Positions 43,746 through 54,357 of a stretch of DNA of 64,000 nucleotides are shown here, in pieces. The stretch is from positions 24,134 through 88,133 of the forward strand of contig CACHRX010000001.1 of the NCBI GenBank assembly GCA_902582385.1, in the 5' to 3' direction. A program made the translations under genes and the position numbers. The first letter of the stretch is position 1; each line of letters starts with the position of its first letter. Under the pieces are notes generated by a model. It searched no databases. It was given only the letters and a program-made list of their open reading frames with translations, and was not told the DNA's origin. This DNA comes from an uncultured Pelagibacteraceae bacterium. GTDB lineage: Bacteria; Pseudomonadota; Alphaproteobacteria; Pelagibacterales; Pelagibacteraceae.

Positions 43746-44749
43746 AAATAAAAATTGGTATTAATGGAATGGGTAGAATAGGAAGAATGATACTGCGCAC
43801 AATTATTGAAACAAATAATAAGAATATTTTAATAAATCACATCAATAATAAAGCAAATTCAGAATCCTGCTCTTCTCTTTTAAAATATGATTCTATACAT
43901 GGAAAGTTTGATGCTAAAATAAATTTTGATAAAAATCATTTAATAATCAACCAAAATAAAATTTCTTATAGTCAAGAGGCTGATCTAAAGAATATAAAAT
44001 GGAAAAAATTTGATGTTGATTATGTTTTTGAATGCACAGGTAAATTTAATTCTAAAGATAAATTATTACCTCATTTAAGCAATGGAGCAAAGAAAGTCAT
44101 TGTTTCAGCACCATGCAAAAATGCTGATAGGACAATTGTATTCGGTGTTAATGAAACTAAGTTAAATAAAAAAGACAATATTATTTCTGCTGCATCATGT
44201 ACAACTAACTGTCTTGCACCAGTAGTCCATGTCTTAAATGAAAATTTTGAAATCGAAAAAGGATTTATGACAACAATTCATTCATTTACAAGTGATCAAA
44301 GAATTTTAGATAATTCACATAAAGATTTAAGAAGAGCAAGATCCGCAAGTCAATCTATAGTGCCAACCACAACCGGTGCATCAAAAACAATTGGTGAAAT
44401 TATACCTTCTCTTAAAGGTAAACTTGAAGGTATAGCAATGAGAGTTCCAACTCCTAATGTTTCTCTTATAGAATTAGTTTTTTCTACAAAAAAAAATTTG
44501 AGTATTGGAAAAATTAATTCAGCATTTGAAAATTTTAGTAAAAAACAAAAAACAAAAGTTTTAGAGATAACTAAAGAAAAACTTGTATCCGTTGATTTTA
44601 ATCATACATCTGCATCAGCAATAGTTGATACAACTTTAACAAATGTTGTTGGAAAAAATATGGGTAAAATTTCTGCATGGTATGATAATGAATGGGGTTT
44701 TTCTAATAGGATGTGTAATATTGCTGAATACCTTCATAAGATTTCTTAA
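43742..44749 (+). CDS. gap: Glyceraldehyde-3-phosphate dehydrogenase (type I)
   Basis: GINGMGRIGR, ASCTTNCLAP, RVPTPNVS, WYDNEWG. Confidence 0.95.
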   Translation: MKIKIGINGMGRIGRMILRTIIETNNKNILINHINNKANSESCSSLLKYDSIHGKFDAKINFDKNHLIINQNKISYSQEADLKNIKWKKFDVDYVFECTGKFNSKDKLLPHLSNGAKKVIVSAPCKNADRTIVFGVNETKLNKKDNIISAASCTTNCLAPVVHVLNENFEIEKGFMTTIHSFTSDQRILDNSHKDLRRARSASQSIVPTTTGASKTIGEIIPSLKGKLEGIAMRVPTPNVSLIELVFSTKKNLSIGKINSAFENFSKKQKTKVLEITKEKLVSVDFNHTSASAIVDTTLTNVVGKNMGKISAWYDNEWGFSNRMCNIAEYLHKIS

Positions 44750-45927
44750 TGAAATACATAAAAGACCAAGAAAATTTGAATGAAAAAATAATATTGTTAA
44801 GGTTAGATTTAAATGTTCCTATTAAAAATGGAATAATAACAGACCAGACAAGGATAGATAAAATATTACCAATACTTAATTTTTTAATTAAAAAAAAAAC
44901 TAAAATTTTAGTAATTTCACATGTGGGACGACCTAAAGGTAAGGTAAATAACAAACTTTCACTTAAGCCAATATGTGAAAATTTAGAAAAAAAAATTAAT
45001 CAAAAAATAAGTCTCATCAAAAAAGATGTTTTTAAATTAAAAAAAGAAGATCTGTTTAAAGACTCAAAAGACCAGGTAATTTTTTTAGAAAATATTAGAT
45101 TTTATGAAGAGGAAGAAAATAATGACCCAAATTTTTCAAAACATTTGGCAAAACTTGCAGACGTATTTGTTAACGATGCATTTTCTTGTTGTCATAGAGC
45201 CCATGCTTCGATAAGTAAAATTACAGAATTTTTACCCTCCTATGCAGGACTTCAATTAGAAACTGAAACAAATGCACTAAAAAAAGTAACGAGTGAAATC
45301 AAAAAACCGATTACCTGTATTATTGGAGGATCAAAAATCTCAACTAAAATTGGTATAATTAGAAATTTAATTCCTAAATTTGACAACATGATTATTGTAG
45401 GAGGTATGGCAAATAATATTTTGAGTTTTAAAGGGAGTCCGATAGGAAAATCAATAAAAGAGAATAATTGTGAGGCAATTATTGAAGATATTTTTAAATT
45501 TGGAAAAAATCATTCATGCTCAATTATTTATCCTGAAGATGTAATGGTAGGAAAGAATAAAACTGACAAAGCTAAAATCAAAGAACTAAATGAAGTGAAA
45601 AATAACGATTTAATTTTAGATATTGGGCCAAAAACAATTAAAAAAATTAAAGATATTATTGATATAAGTAAAACAGTTTTGTGGAACGGCCCTGCAGGTT
45701 ATTTTGAAAATCCTAATTTTGCAAATGGTTGTTATGAAATTGCAAAAAAAATCATTGATAAAAATAAAGATAACTTAATCTATTCTATTGCAGGAGGGGG
45801 TGATACAATTGCATTTTTAAATCAAATCAATGCAATTAATAATTTTAATTTTGTTTCAACTGCTGGTGGAGCATTTTTAGAATATCTTGAAGGAAAACAA
45901 CTTCCTGGTATAAAAGCTCTAAATTAA
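44749..45927 (+). CDS. pgk: Phosphoglycerate kinase
   Basis: RLDLNVP, SHVGRP, LENIRF, WNGPAG, STAGGAFLEYLEG. Confidence 0.97.
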   Translation: MKYIKDQENLNEKIILLRLDLNVPIKNGIITDQTRIDKILPILNFLIKKKTKILVISHVGRPKGKVNNKLSLKPICENLEKKINQKISLIKKDVFKLKKEDLFKDSKDQVIFLENIRFYEEEENNDPNFSKHLAKLADVFVNDAFSCCHRAHASISKITEFLPSYAGLQLETETNALKKVTSEIKKPITCIIGGSKISTKIGIIRNLIPKFDNMIIVGGMANNILSFKGSPIGKSIKENNCEAIIEDIFKFGKNHSCSIIYPEDVMVGKNKTDKAKIKELNEVKNNDLILDIGPKTIKKIKDIIDISKTVLWNGPAGYFENPNFANGCYEIAKKIIDKNKDNLIYSIAGGGDTIAFLNQINAINNFNFVSTAGGAFLEYLEGKQLPGIKALN

Positions 45928-45928
45928 T

Positions 45929-46939
45929 ATGTCTGAACTAAACAATATAGCACTTCAAATTCTTAGTAACGGAAAGGGGATTCTTGCAGCTGACGAAAGT
46001 ACAGGAACAATGACTAAAAGGCTGGAAGGTGTTAATGTGCCATCAACTCCTGAAAACAGAATGTTATTTCGAGAAACTCTATTCAGCTCTGCATGTATGA
46101 ATGATTGCATTGGGGGTGTAATTTTATATGATGAAACAATTAAACAGATATCATCGAAAAAAAATAAAATTCCAGAATTAATTTCAAGTATGGGTCCTCA
46201 TCCAGGTATAAAAGTTGATACTGGGGCAAAAGTTTTAGCAGGCTCACCAAATGAAAAAATTACTGAAGGTCTAGACGGTCTTAGAGAAAGATTGAAAGAA
46301 TATCAAAACCTTGGTGCAAAATTTACAAAATGGAGAGGTGTATACAGTATATCTAAAGATTATCCAAGCAAACTAACATTACAATCAAACGCACATGCTT
46401 TGGCTCGATATTCCGCTTTAGTTCAAGAATGCAATATGGTTCCAATTGTTGAGCCCGAATTATTAATGGATGGTGATCATTCTGCGAAAGATTGTTATCA
46501 AAAAACTTCAGAAGTAATCCAAAAATGTTTTGATGAACTTATTATTCACAAAATTGATTTAAAGGGAATTATTTTAAAACCAAATATGATTTTAGCAGGA
46601 AACAGATCTAAAAATAAAATACCTAATGAAGAGGTCGCAAAATTAACTTTAGATTGTTTAAGAAATTCCGTACCTTCAGAAGTACCGGGTATTGCTTTTT
46701 TATCTGGTGGGCAGTCAGAAATAGAAGCAACAGAAAATCTTAATTTAATTAATAAGCACAATGATACTAACTTTATTATGAGTTATTCTTATGGAAGAGC
46801 ACTTCAACAAAGTGCCCTTAAATTTTGGTCAAAAAATATTCAGGATATAGAAGGTACTCAGAAAATATTCAATCATCGTGCAAAAATGAATACGTTAGCA
46901 GCCCAAGGAAAATGGTCTAAAGAAATTGAAAATCAATAA
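45929..46939 (+). CDS. Fructose-bisphosphate aldolase class I
   Basis: GILAADES, KWR, VPIVEPE, LKPNM Schiff-base Lys, FLSGGQS, SYGRALQ. Confidence 0.95.
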   Translation: MSELNNIALQILSNGKGILAADESTGTMTKRLEGVNVPSTPENRMLFRETLFSSACMNDCIGGVILYDETIKQISSKKNKIPELISSMGPHPGIKVDTGAKVLAGSPNEKITEGLDGLRERLKEYQNLGAKFTKWRGVYSISKDYPSKLTLQSNAHALARYSALVQECNMVPIVEPELLMDGDHSAKDCYQKTSEVIQKCFDELIIHKIDLKGIILKPNMILAGNRSKNKIPNEEVAKLTLDCLRNSVPSEVPGIAFLSGGQSEIEATENLNLINKHNDTNFIMSYSYGRALQQSALKFWSKNIQDIEGTQKIFNHRAKMNTLAAQGKWSKEIENQ

Positions 46940-47540
46940 AAAAAAGTTTATCTATCTAATTTCTCCTAACAAAATTAGAAAATCTTTTTATAACGATCTA
47001 ACAGAGGTTCTAAAGTCAAAAAAAATAGCTTTTTTCCAACTTAGACTTAAAAAGGCATCTTTTAAAAAAAAATTGATTATTGGGAAAAAAATTCAAAAAA
47101 TATGTAAGAAATATAAAATAAAATTTCTTATAAATGATGACGTATTACTTGCAAAAAAATTAAATTCTGATGGGTGTCATTTAGGTCAAAATGATACCAA
47201 AATAATTCAAGCAAGAAAGATAATCAAAAAAAAAATAATTGGCATTACGTGTCATAACTCAATTAAACTAGCAAAATTCGAAATAAAAAATAAACCTGAT
47301 TATTTAGCTTTTGGTGCTTTCTACAAGTCAAAAACTAAAAATATCAAATTCAAGGCGAACATAGGTTTATTAAAAAAGATTAAAAAAATTACAAAAATTC
47401 CTATAGTTGCAATAGGAGGCATTAATTCTGATAATTACAAAAAACTTTTATTGAATAAAGCTAACTTTTTGGCTATCTCAGGCTACATTTGGAGTAATAA
47501 AAAATTAAAACCAGCGGAAGCTATTAATAAATTAAAATGA
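46926..47540 (+). CDS. thiE: Thiamine phosphate synthase
   Basis: QLRLK, INDD, GCHLGQND, VAIGGI. Confidence 0.9.
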   Translation: MKINKKKFIYLISPNKIRKSFYNDLTEVLKSKKIAFFQLRLKKASFKKKLIIGKKIQKICKKYKIKFLINDDVLLAKKLNSDGCHLGQNDTKIIQARKIIKKKIIGITCHNSIKLAKFEIKNKPDYLAFGAFYKSKTKNIKFKANIGLLKKIKKITKIPIVAIGGINSDNYKKLLLNKANFLAISGYIWSNKKLKPAEAINKLK

Positions 47541-48097
47541 AAATTAATGCAGGAGAAATAAGAGTAGGTATGTTGTTAGAATACAAAAATGATTTATGGC
47601 AAGTGCTTAAAACTCAACATGTAAAACCAGGCAAAGGTGGTGCGTTCGCTCAAGTTGAAATGAAAAGTGTAAACAAAAATACAAAATTAAATGAAAGATT
47701 TAGATCAAGTGAAACTGTTGAAAAAGCATCACTTGAGGAAGTAAATTATAATTTTTTATACGAGGATGAAAATAATTATTTTTTTATGGAGCCTAAATCA
47801 TTTGAACAAATAGAAATCAAAAAAGGTATACTAGGTGAAAAGGGGAAATTGTTAACTGAAAATTTAGAGGTATCAATCAGTTTCTATAATGATTCTCCCA
47901 TTTCAGTAGATTTACCAAATCAAGTAATCTGCAAAATAGAAAATACAGATGCTGCTTTAAAAGGACAAACAGTTTCATCTTCTTATAAACCAGCAGTGAT
48001 AAATAATGGCTTAAATATCCAGGTTCCTCCTTTTATCGAAGTTGGAGATATGATTGTTATCGATACAAGAAATCTTGAATATATTAAAAAAGTTTAA
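47537..48097 (+). CDS. efp: Elongation factor P
   Basis: HVKPGKGGAF, KPA, VPPFI. Confidence 0.97.
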   Translation: MKINAGEIRVGMLLEYKNDLWQVLKTQHVKPGKGGAFAQVEMKSVNKNTKLNERFRSSETVEKASLEEVNYNFLYEDENNYFFMEPKSFEQIEIKKGILGEKGKLLTENLEVSISFYNDSPISVDLPNQVICKIENTDAALKGQTVSSSYKPAVINNGLNIQVPPFIEVGDMIVIDTRNLEYIKKV

Positions 48098-48100
48098 ATT

Positions 48101-48841
48101 ATGAATTCAATTTCTGCAAACTTAAATGTTATGATTAAAGCTGCTGAAAAAGCATCTAAGGTATTGATTAGAGATTTTGGAGAAATTGAAAAATTGCAAG
48201 TTTCAAAAAAAGGTCCTTCAGACTTTGTAACAAATTCTGATTTAAAAACTGAAAAAATAATTATTGAGGAGCTTAAAAAAGCTAGACCAAACTATTCAAT
48301 CATTAGTGAAGAGAATGGAGTTCAAAATAATAAAGATAAAGATAACATATGGATAATTGATCCTATAGATGGAACTATAAATTTTTTACATGGTGTTCCT
48401 CACTTTGCTATATCTATTGGTCTTAAATCGAATAATGAAATAATTTCAGGTTTAATATTTGATCCAATTAAGAATGAAATGTTTTATGCAGAAAAAAATA
48501 ATGGTGCATTTTTTAATAATCAAAGAATTAGAGTTTCAAAAAAAAATATGATTGATAATTGTTTATTTGCTACCGGTGGTAAAATTCAAAATGAACCTGA
48601 CTTACCTTATAGAAAATCTGGTTGTGCTGCTTTGGATTTAGCTTATGTAGCTTCAGGTAGATATGATGGATGTTTTCAAAATAATTTAAATCTTTGGGAT
48701 ATTGCAGCTGGAATAATCCTTGTTAAGGAGGCAGGGGGAATTTTTAATGAAATAGATCTATCAGTTAATGAAAATATAAAAATTATTGCTTCAAGTCCTG
48801 ATATTAATTCGAAATTACTTAAAAAATTAGATAACTTTTAA
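48101..48841 (+). CDS. suhB: Inositol monophosphatase family protein
   Basis: [23 protein letters not shown]. Confidence 0.92.
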   Translation: MNSISANLNVMIKAAEKASKVLIRDFGEIEKLQVSKKGPSDFVTNSDLKTEKIIIEELKKARPNYSIISEENGVQNNKDKDNIWIIDPIDGTINFLHGVPHFAISIGLKSNNEIISGLIFDPIKNEMFYAEKNNGAFFNNQRIRVSKKNMIDNCLFATGGKIQNEPDLPYRKSGCAALDLAYVASGRYDGCFQNNLNLWDIAAGIILVKEAGGIFNEIDLSVNENIKIIASSPDINSKLLKKLDNF

Positions 48842-48876
48842 TTGTTTTAGAAAATTCTTTTGTTATAAGTCTGTCC

Positions 48877-49107
48877 ATGAAAAAAAAAATTCATCCTAAT
48901 TATCATAAAATTAAAGTCGAAATGACAGATGGTTCTCAATTTGAAACAATGTCAACTTGGGGTAATGAAGGTGAAGTACTTAAGCTTGAAATTGATCCTA
49001 AGTCACACTCTGCTTGGACAGGTGGAAAGCAAAAATTAATGGATAAAGGAAGAATAAGCAAATTTAATAAAAAATTCCAAAATTTCAAATCAGAAAATAA
49101 AAATTAA
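48877..49107 (+). CDS. rpmE: 50S ribosomal protein L31 (no Zn-binding cysteines)
   Basis: MKKKIHPNY...[12 protein letters not shown]...[10 protein letters not shown]. Confidence 0.95.
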   Translation: MKKKIHPNYHKIKVEMTDGSQFETMSTWGNEGEVLKLEIDPKSHSAWTGGKQKLMDKGRISKFNKKFQNFKSENKN

Positions 49108-49108
49108 A

Positions 49109-49690
49109 ATGTCTAATGCTCCTTTAATGCCAATGGCAACAGCTGTTTGGCTTGTAGAAAACACAACTTTAACATTTAAACAAATCGCGGATTTCTGTAA
49201 ATTGCATGAAGTTGAGGTTCAAGGAATTGCTGATGGTGAGGTGGCGAAAGGAATTAAAGCTTATAATCCTATAATCTCCAGACAATTATCAAGGGAAGAA
49301 ATTGATCTTTCATCTAAAGATAAAAATAGACCATTACAAATTGAAAGTACCGATATTGAAATTTCAAATTCAGAGAAGAAAATTAAAAAATATATTCCTT
49401 TATCTAAAAGACAAGATAAACCTGACTCTGCCTTATGGTTGCTTAGACACCATAATATTTTAAAAGACTCACAAATTGCAAAACTAGTTGGCATTACAAA
49501 AAACTCTGTAACATCTATAAGAAATAAAAGTTACTGGAACTATAATAATTTAAACCCTAAAGACCCTGTTGCCTTAAATTTATTTTCACAAAAAGATTTG
49601 ATTGAAGCTATTGAAAAAGCTGAAAGAAGAATAAAAAGAGAAAAAAAGCAGAGAGAGAAAGATAAAATATCTCAACAAAATAATAATTAA
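49109..49690 (+). CDS. DUF1013 family / TrcR-like protein
   Basis: PLMPMATAVWLVENTTLTFKQIADFC, RQDKPD, PKDPV. Confidence 0.88.
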   Translation: MSNAPLMPMATAVWLVENTTLTFKQIADFCKLHEVEVQGIADGEVAKGIKAYNPIISRQLSREEIDLSSKDKNRPLQIESTDIEISNSEKKIKKYIPLSKRQDKPDSALWLLRHHNILKDSQIAKLVGITKNSVTSIRNKSYWNYNNLNPKDPVALNLFSQKDLIEAIEKAERRIKREKKQREKDKISQQNNN

Positions 49691-49753
49691 TGCATAAATT
49701 AAATAGACATAAAAATATAAAAGTGCTACTTACACACTTTTTTGGAGGTAGTT

Positions 49754-49948
49754 ATTAAAATAGAAGTTAAAGATAACAATATTGAGCAGGCTCTCAGAGT
49801 TTTAAAAAGAAAACTTCAAAGAGACGGTTTTTTTAAAGTTATTAAGTTAAAAAATACTTACGAAAAACCCTCAGAAAAGAAAAAGAGAATTCTTCAAGAA
49901 AACATAAAAAGAGTTAAAAAACTAAACAAACTAAGAAATAGAATTTGA
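49754..49948 (+). CDS. rpsU: 30S ribosomal protein S21 (start probably ATT 49754; alternative TTG 49742)
   Basis: V.DNNIEQALRVLKRKLQRDG...YEKPSEKK. Confidence 0.93.
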   Translation: MKIEVKDNNIEQALRVLKRKLQRDGFFKVIKLKNTYEKPSEKKKRILQENIKRVKKLNKLRNRI

Positions 49949-49954
49949 ATATAT

Positions 49955-50031
<77 letters not shown>

Positions 50032-50051
50032 AATATTTATTTTAATTAAAA

Positions 50052-50840
50052 TTATTTTTCTGCAATAGCAGTCCAACTGTAATTATGTCTATTATTAATT
50101 TCTATTTTTTTAAATCCAGAAATTTTTAGCAAACTTTCTAATTCTTGTTTTTTAAAATATTTTGAAAATGAAGGGTTTAATTGATCAAAGATTATTTCTT
50201 CTCTTTTATTAAAACTACATTTAGAAAAAACTTTATTAAAATAATTTTTTAAAGGCAAATTAAATATCTTGCATAAAAAAATATATAGGATTGCAAATAT
50301 ATTTAAAACTTTGCATAAAATCCTTAGAAGAAAATCTGGCATTAGTCTTGTAATTCTTCTTAAATTATTAAATATTTTCAAATAAATCTGGTTGTTTTCG
50401 TGTCCATAGACCCAAATAATAAATTTTCCGTTAGGTTTGAGACTTTGAAATATTTTTTTACAAACTATCTCGTATTCTGGAATATGATGAATAACCCCTA
50501 AAGAGAATATGTAATCGAACTCTTCGTTAAAATTTAAATCCTGTCCTCGGATGTTTAAAAATTCTATAGATGATTTTTTATTATTGTTTTTAGCAACTTC
50601 AATTGCCCTTGATGGTTCTACAGCCACAATCTTTGTTGGATTAAATAAATTTAATCTTTTAATAATTCTTCCAGAGCCTGAGCCTATTTCACAAATTTTT
50701 TTATCTTTAATTTCATTTAAATCAAATGGATAAACTGTGTCTTTTAACATTTCTAGAGAACCCCAGTAACCATCAATATTGTTATATACTGTGAACTGAT
50801 CTCCAAATTCTTCAACAGTTGATTTGTTGTCAAATCCCAT
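50052..50840 (-). CDS. Class I SAM-dependent methyltransferase
   Basis: EIGSGSG motif I, FDYIFSLGVIHH, LKPNG. Confidence 0.88.
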   Translation of the reverse strand: MGFDNKSTVEEFGDQFTVYNNIDGYWGSLEMLKDTVYPFDLNEIKDKKICEIGSGSGRIIKRLNLFNPTKIVAVEPSRAIEVAKNNNKKSSIEFLNIRGQDLNFNEEFDYIFSLGVIHHIPEYEIVCKKIFQSLKPNGKFIIWVYGHENNQIYLKIFNNLRRITRLMPDFLLRILCKVLNIFAILYIFLCKIFNLPLKNYFNKVFSKCSFNKREEIIFDQLNPSFSKYFKKQELESLLKISGFKKIEINNRHNYSWTAIAEK

Positions 50841-50842
50841 AT

Positions 50843-51541
50843 TTAAATATTAAAATTAGATTTTTTACTATCTCTCAAAAAAGCTATTACAGTTTCTTTT
50901 GTTAATTGATTAAATGATTTTCCGAATTTTTCAATTTTTTCAATTGTTGCTGGAGGAATAGTTATAATTTGGCAACCTAATTGTTTAGCTTGAATATAAT
51001 TATATGGCTCTCTCACACTTGCCCATAATATCTCGACATTTTTAAATTTTTTTGCTGCAAGAATACTTTTTTTAAATTCAGGAACTGGGTCCTTACCCGT
51101 ATCCCCAGCTCTACCAGCAAATATTGATATTATAACTTTTGATTTTTTATTTATCGTCTTTAAAATTTTTTTAGTTTGTTCAGAACTATAAACGGCAGTA
51201 ATATTTAATTTTATATTTTGATTATTTAATTCCTTAATTACCTTTCCCATAAAAATACCTCTTGAATTTATAACTGGAATTTTTACGTAAACATTCTTTC
51301 CCCAGGTATTAATTTTTAGTGCTTGTTTTTTTATGTCTTTATAATTATCTGCAAAAACCTCTAAGGAAACAGGTTTTCTCGAACAAATGTTGAGGATTTT
51401 TTTTGAGTAAGATTTATAATCTTTTGCTCCCGCTTTCCTCATTAAACTTGGATTTGTAGTGAAGCCTTTTACTATTTTTTTTTTATTAAATTTCTTAATT
51501 ATATCTAATTCAGCAATGTCACAAAATATCTTTGTATTCAA
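50843..51541 (-). CDS. tal: Transaldolase (short TalC/FSA-fold type)
   Basis: GFTTNPSL, SLEVF (catalytic Glu), VYVKIP (Schiff-base Lys), NITA, SIFAGR (Phe rather than the FSA Tyr); TTG start. Confidence 0.88.
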   Translation of the reverse strand: MNTKIFCDIAELDIIKKFNKKKIVKGFTTNPSLMRKAGAKDYKSYSKKILNICSRKPVSLEVFADNYKDIKKQALKINTWGKNVYVKIPVINSRGIFMGKVIKELNNQNIKLNITAVYSSEQTKKILKTINKKSKVIISIFAGRAGDTGKDPVPEFKKSILAAKKFKNVEILWASVREPYNYIQAKQLGCQIITIPPATIEKIEKFGKSFNQLTKETVIAFLRDSKKSNFNI

Positions 51542-51549
51542 GAATAATC

Positions 51550-52947
51550 CTATAAATTTTTTGTTATATCTTCTGTCATTTTTTTTGCATCTGCAAATAA
51601 CATTAATGTATTTTCTTTGTAAAAAAGATCATTATCAATACCTGCATAACCTGGTGATAAACTTCTTTTTACGAATAGTACTGATTTGCATTTCTCTACA
51701 TCAAGAACTGGCATACCATAAATAGGGCTCTGAGGATCAGTTTTAGCAACTGGATTTGTTACATCATTCGCACCTATAACAAATGCTACATCAGCATTTG
51801 CAAAATCATTATTTATTTCCTCTAATTCAAAAACTTCGTCATAAGGAACATTTGCCTCAGCTAATAAAACGTTCATGTGACCTGGCATACGACCAGCAAC
51901 AGGATGTATCGCGTATGAAACTTTGATATCATTTTTTTTAAGAGTATCAACCATCTCCCTTAAAGCATGTTGGGCTTGAGCTACAGCCATACCATAACCT
52001 GGTACAATTATAACTGATGAAGCATTTTTCATTAAGAAAGCTGCATCATCTGCGTTACCACTTTTTACAGGTCTTTGTTCTTTATTTTTATTACCAGAGG
52101 ATTGTTCAGTTGCACCAAATCCTCCTAAAATTACATTAAAAAATGAACGATTCATACCTTTACACATTATGTAAGATAAAATTGCACCTGAAGACCCAAC
52201 AAGCGCTCCAGTAATTATTAAAGCAGTATTTTCTAAAGTAAATCCAATCCCAGCTGCCGCCCAACCAGAATAAGAATTGAGCATAGAGATGACTACGGGC
52301 ATATCTGCACCACCAATTGGAATTATTATTAAAAAACCTATTAAAAAAGAAACGGCCAATAAAATCCAAAATAAATTTGAAGATTGGGTAGAGCAAAGTA
52401 GATATATTAAGACAATTATAGAAATTAGAATGACTGCATTAATTGGGTGTTGACCTTTAAAAGTTATTGGAGAACCTGACATAATTCCCTGAAGTTTTAA
52501 AAAGGCAATTATAGAACCAGAAAATGTTATAGCTCCAACTGCTGCACCTATTGACATTTCAATTAAGCTTCCAAGTTTTATGTTTCCTGGTGAACCAAGA
52601 TTAAATGCTGCCGGATTTAAAAAAGCAGCTATTGCAACAAACACAGCTGCAAGTCCAACTAAACTATGGAAACCAGCTACAAGTTCTGGCATAGCAGTCA
52701 TTGGTATTCTGTAGGCTATGAATGCTCCAATTGAACCACCTATTACTAAAAAAATTAAAACAAAAACTAATCCACTTGAAAAATTTCCTACTGATAAAAA
52801 TGTAACAGTAATTGCTATAACCATCCCCAAGATTCCAAAAAAATTTCCTTGTCTTGAAGTTTCAGGTGATGACAATCCTCTCAAAGCTAAAATAAACAAA
52901 ACACCTGAAATTAAATAAAAAATCGCGGACAAATTTGCTGATATCAT
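51550..52947 (-). CDS. pntB: NAD(P) transhydrogenase beta subunit
   Basis: MPELVAGFHSLVG, GGADMPVV, VPGYGMAVAQAQ, HPVAGRMPGHMNVLLAE. Confidence 0.98.
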   Translation of the reverse strand: MISANLSAIFYLISGVLFILALRGLSSPETSRQGNFFGILGMVIAITVTFLSVGNFSSGLVFVLIFLVIGGSIGAFIAYRIPMTAMPELVAGFHSLVGLAAVFVAIAAFLNPAAFNLGSPGNIKLGSLIEMSIGAAVGAITFSGSIIAFLKLQGIMSGSPITFKGQHPINAVILISIIVLIYLLCSTQSSNLFWILLAVSFLIGFLIIIPIGGADMPVVISMLNSYSGWAAAGIGFTLENTALIITGALVGSSGAILSYIMCKGMNRSFFNVILGGFGATEQSSGNKNKEQRPVKSGNADDAAFLMKNASSVIIVPGYGMAVAQAQHALREMVDTLKKNDIKVSYAIHPVAGRMPGHMNVLLAEANVPYDEVFELEEINNDFANADVAFVIGANDVTNPVAKTDPQSPIYGMPVLDVEKCKSVLFVKRSLSPGYAGIDNDLFYKENTLMLFADAKKMTEDITKNL

Positions 52948-53255
52948 TATTTGTCTTTCTTTTTCTTTTTATACATAGCGAGCATTCTTTGTGTCACCAA
53001 AAAACCACCAAAAATATTTATAGCTGCCAGAGATATAGCTAAAAAACCAAATATACTAGAGGTATTAAAAATACTATCGGAATTTCCAGACAAGCCTGCA
53101 ATAATTGCTCCAACAATAATTACTGAGGAAATTGCATTTGTAACTGACATTAAAGGTGTATGTAAAGAAGGTGTTACACTCCACACGACATAATATCCAA
53201 CAAATATAGAAAGAATAAATATGCTTAATCTGAATACTAAAGGGTCAATTTCCAT
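52947..53255 (-). CDS. pntA: NAD(P) transhydrogenase alpha-2 subunit (membrane part)
   Basis: VTPSLHTPLMSVTNAIS, NIFGGFLVTQRML. Confidence 0.95.
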   Translation of the reverse strand: MEIDPLVFRLSIFILSIFVGYYVVWSVTPSLHTPLMSVTNAISSVIIVGAIIAGLSGNSDSIFNTSSIFGFLAISLAAINIFGGFLVTQRMLAMYKKKKKDK

Positions 53256-53259
53256 AATT

Positions 53260-54348
53260 TTACTTAATTAAAGTTTTTTCAATTATTTCATCTTCTAAAT
53301 TAATATTAATTTTATTATTTTCTTTGTCTAATAAATTAGAAACAAAATTAAATACGTTTTTAGCATACAAACTTGAAGCAGAAACTGGTAATTTATTTAA
53401 GATATTCGTCTCTCCCATGATTTTAACACCAAATTTTTCAACTACTTTATCAACCTCTGTAAAAGCAGTATTACCACCTTGAACTGCTGCTAAATCATAT
53501 ATTACAGAACCTCTCTGCATATTGTTTATCATATTCTCTTTAATTATGATTGGCGCTTTTTTGCCTGGAATTAAAGCTGTACAAATAACGATGTCTATCT
53601 TTTTTAAGGTTTCAGAAAGCAAATCTTCTTGTTTTTTTTTAAAATCTTCTGAAGCTTCTTTGGCATATCCTCCTTCGGTTTCTAAATTTTCTTCGCCTTC
53701 AACTGTTAAGAACTTGCCACCTAAGCTTTCAACTTGTTCTTTTGATGCCATTCTAACATCTGTTGCAAATACAATTGCTCCCATTCTTTTTGCTGTTGCA
53801 ATAGCCTGAAGTCCAGCTACTCCAGCTCCTACAACTAAAACCTTTGCGGCAGGAACAGTGCCAGCAGCAGTCATCATCATTGGTATTGCCTTTTCAAAAT
53901 TTGCAAATGACTCAATTACAGCTTTGTATCCTGCAAGATTAGCTTGAGAAGACAGAATATCCATTGATTGAGCTCTAGTTATTCTTGGTAATAGTTCTAA
54001 TGAAAAAGCATTTACTTTATTCTGAACAAGTTTATCAAGATCACTTTTATTATCATAAGGATTCAAAATACCAATTAGAGTTTGGTCTTGTTTTAATAAA
54101 GAAATGTTTTCATTTGATAATAATCCTAATTGCACAATAACATCTGCCTCGTTTAAGATTTTTTTTTCATCTTTTAAAATTTTTGAACCTACATTTTTAT
54201 ATTCTGCATCTGTAATACCTAAGTGAACTCCATAATTTTCACTTAACAGAACCTCAAAACCAAGTGAAATATATTTTTTAGCGATTTCAGGAGTAACTGC
54301 TATTCTTTTTTCAATATTTTGATTTTCTAAAATAGAGCAAATTCTCAT
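53260..54348 (-). CDS. pntA: NAD(P) transhydrogenase alpha-1 subunit (dI)
   Basis: PRITRAQSMDILSSQANLAGY, GAGVAGL, GGYAKE, TALIPG. Confidence 0.96.
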   Translation of the reverse strand: MRICSILENQNIEKRIAVTPEIAKKYISLGFEVLLSENYGVHLGITDAEYKNVGSKILKDEKKILNEADVIVQLGLLSNENISLLKQDQTLIGILNPYDNKSDLDKLVQNKVNAFSLELLPRITRAQSMDILSSQANLAGYKAVIESFANFEKAIPMMMTAAGTVPAAKVLVVGAGVAGLQAIATAKRMGAIVFATDVRMASKEQVESLGGKFLTVEGEENLETEGGYAKEASEDFKKKQEDLLSETLKKIDIVICTALIPGKKAPIIIKENMINNMQRGSVIYDLAAVQGGNTAFTEVDKVVEKFGVKIMGETNILNKLPVSASSLYAKNVFNFVSNLLDKENNKININLEDEIIEKTLIK

Positions 54349-54357
54349 TGGAAACTT

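Noticed and set aside
52947-54348. pntA split into two ORFs (possible pseudogene)
   Set aside because: The alpha-1/alpha-2 split is the normal three-subunit transhydrogenase form, as in Rhodospirillum rubrum
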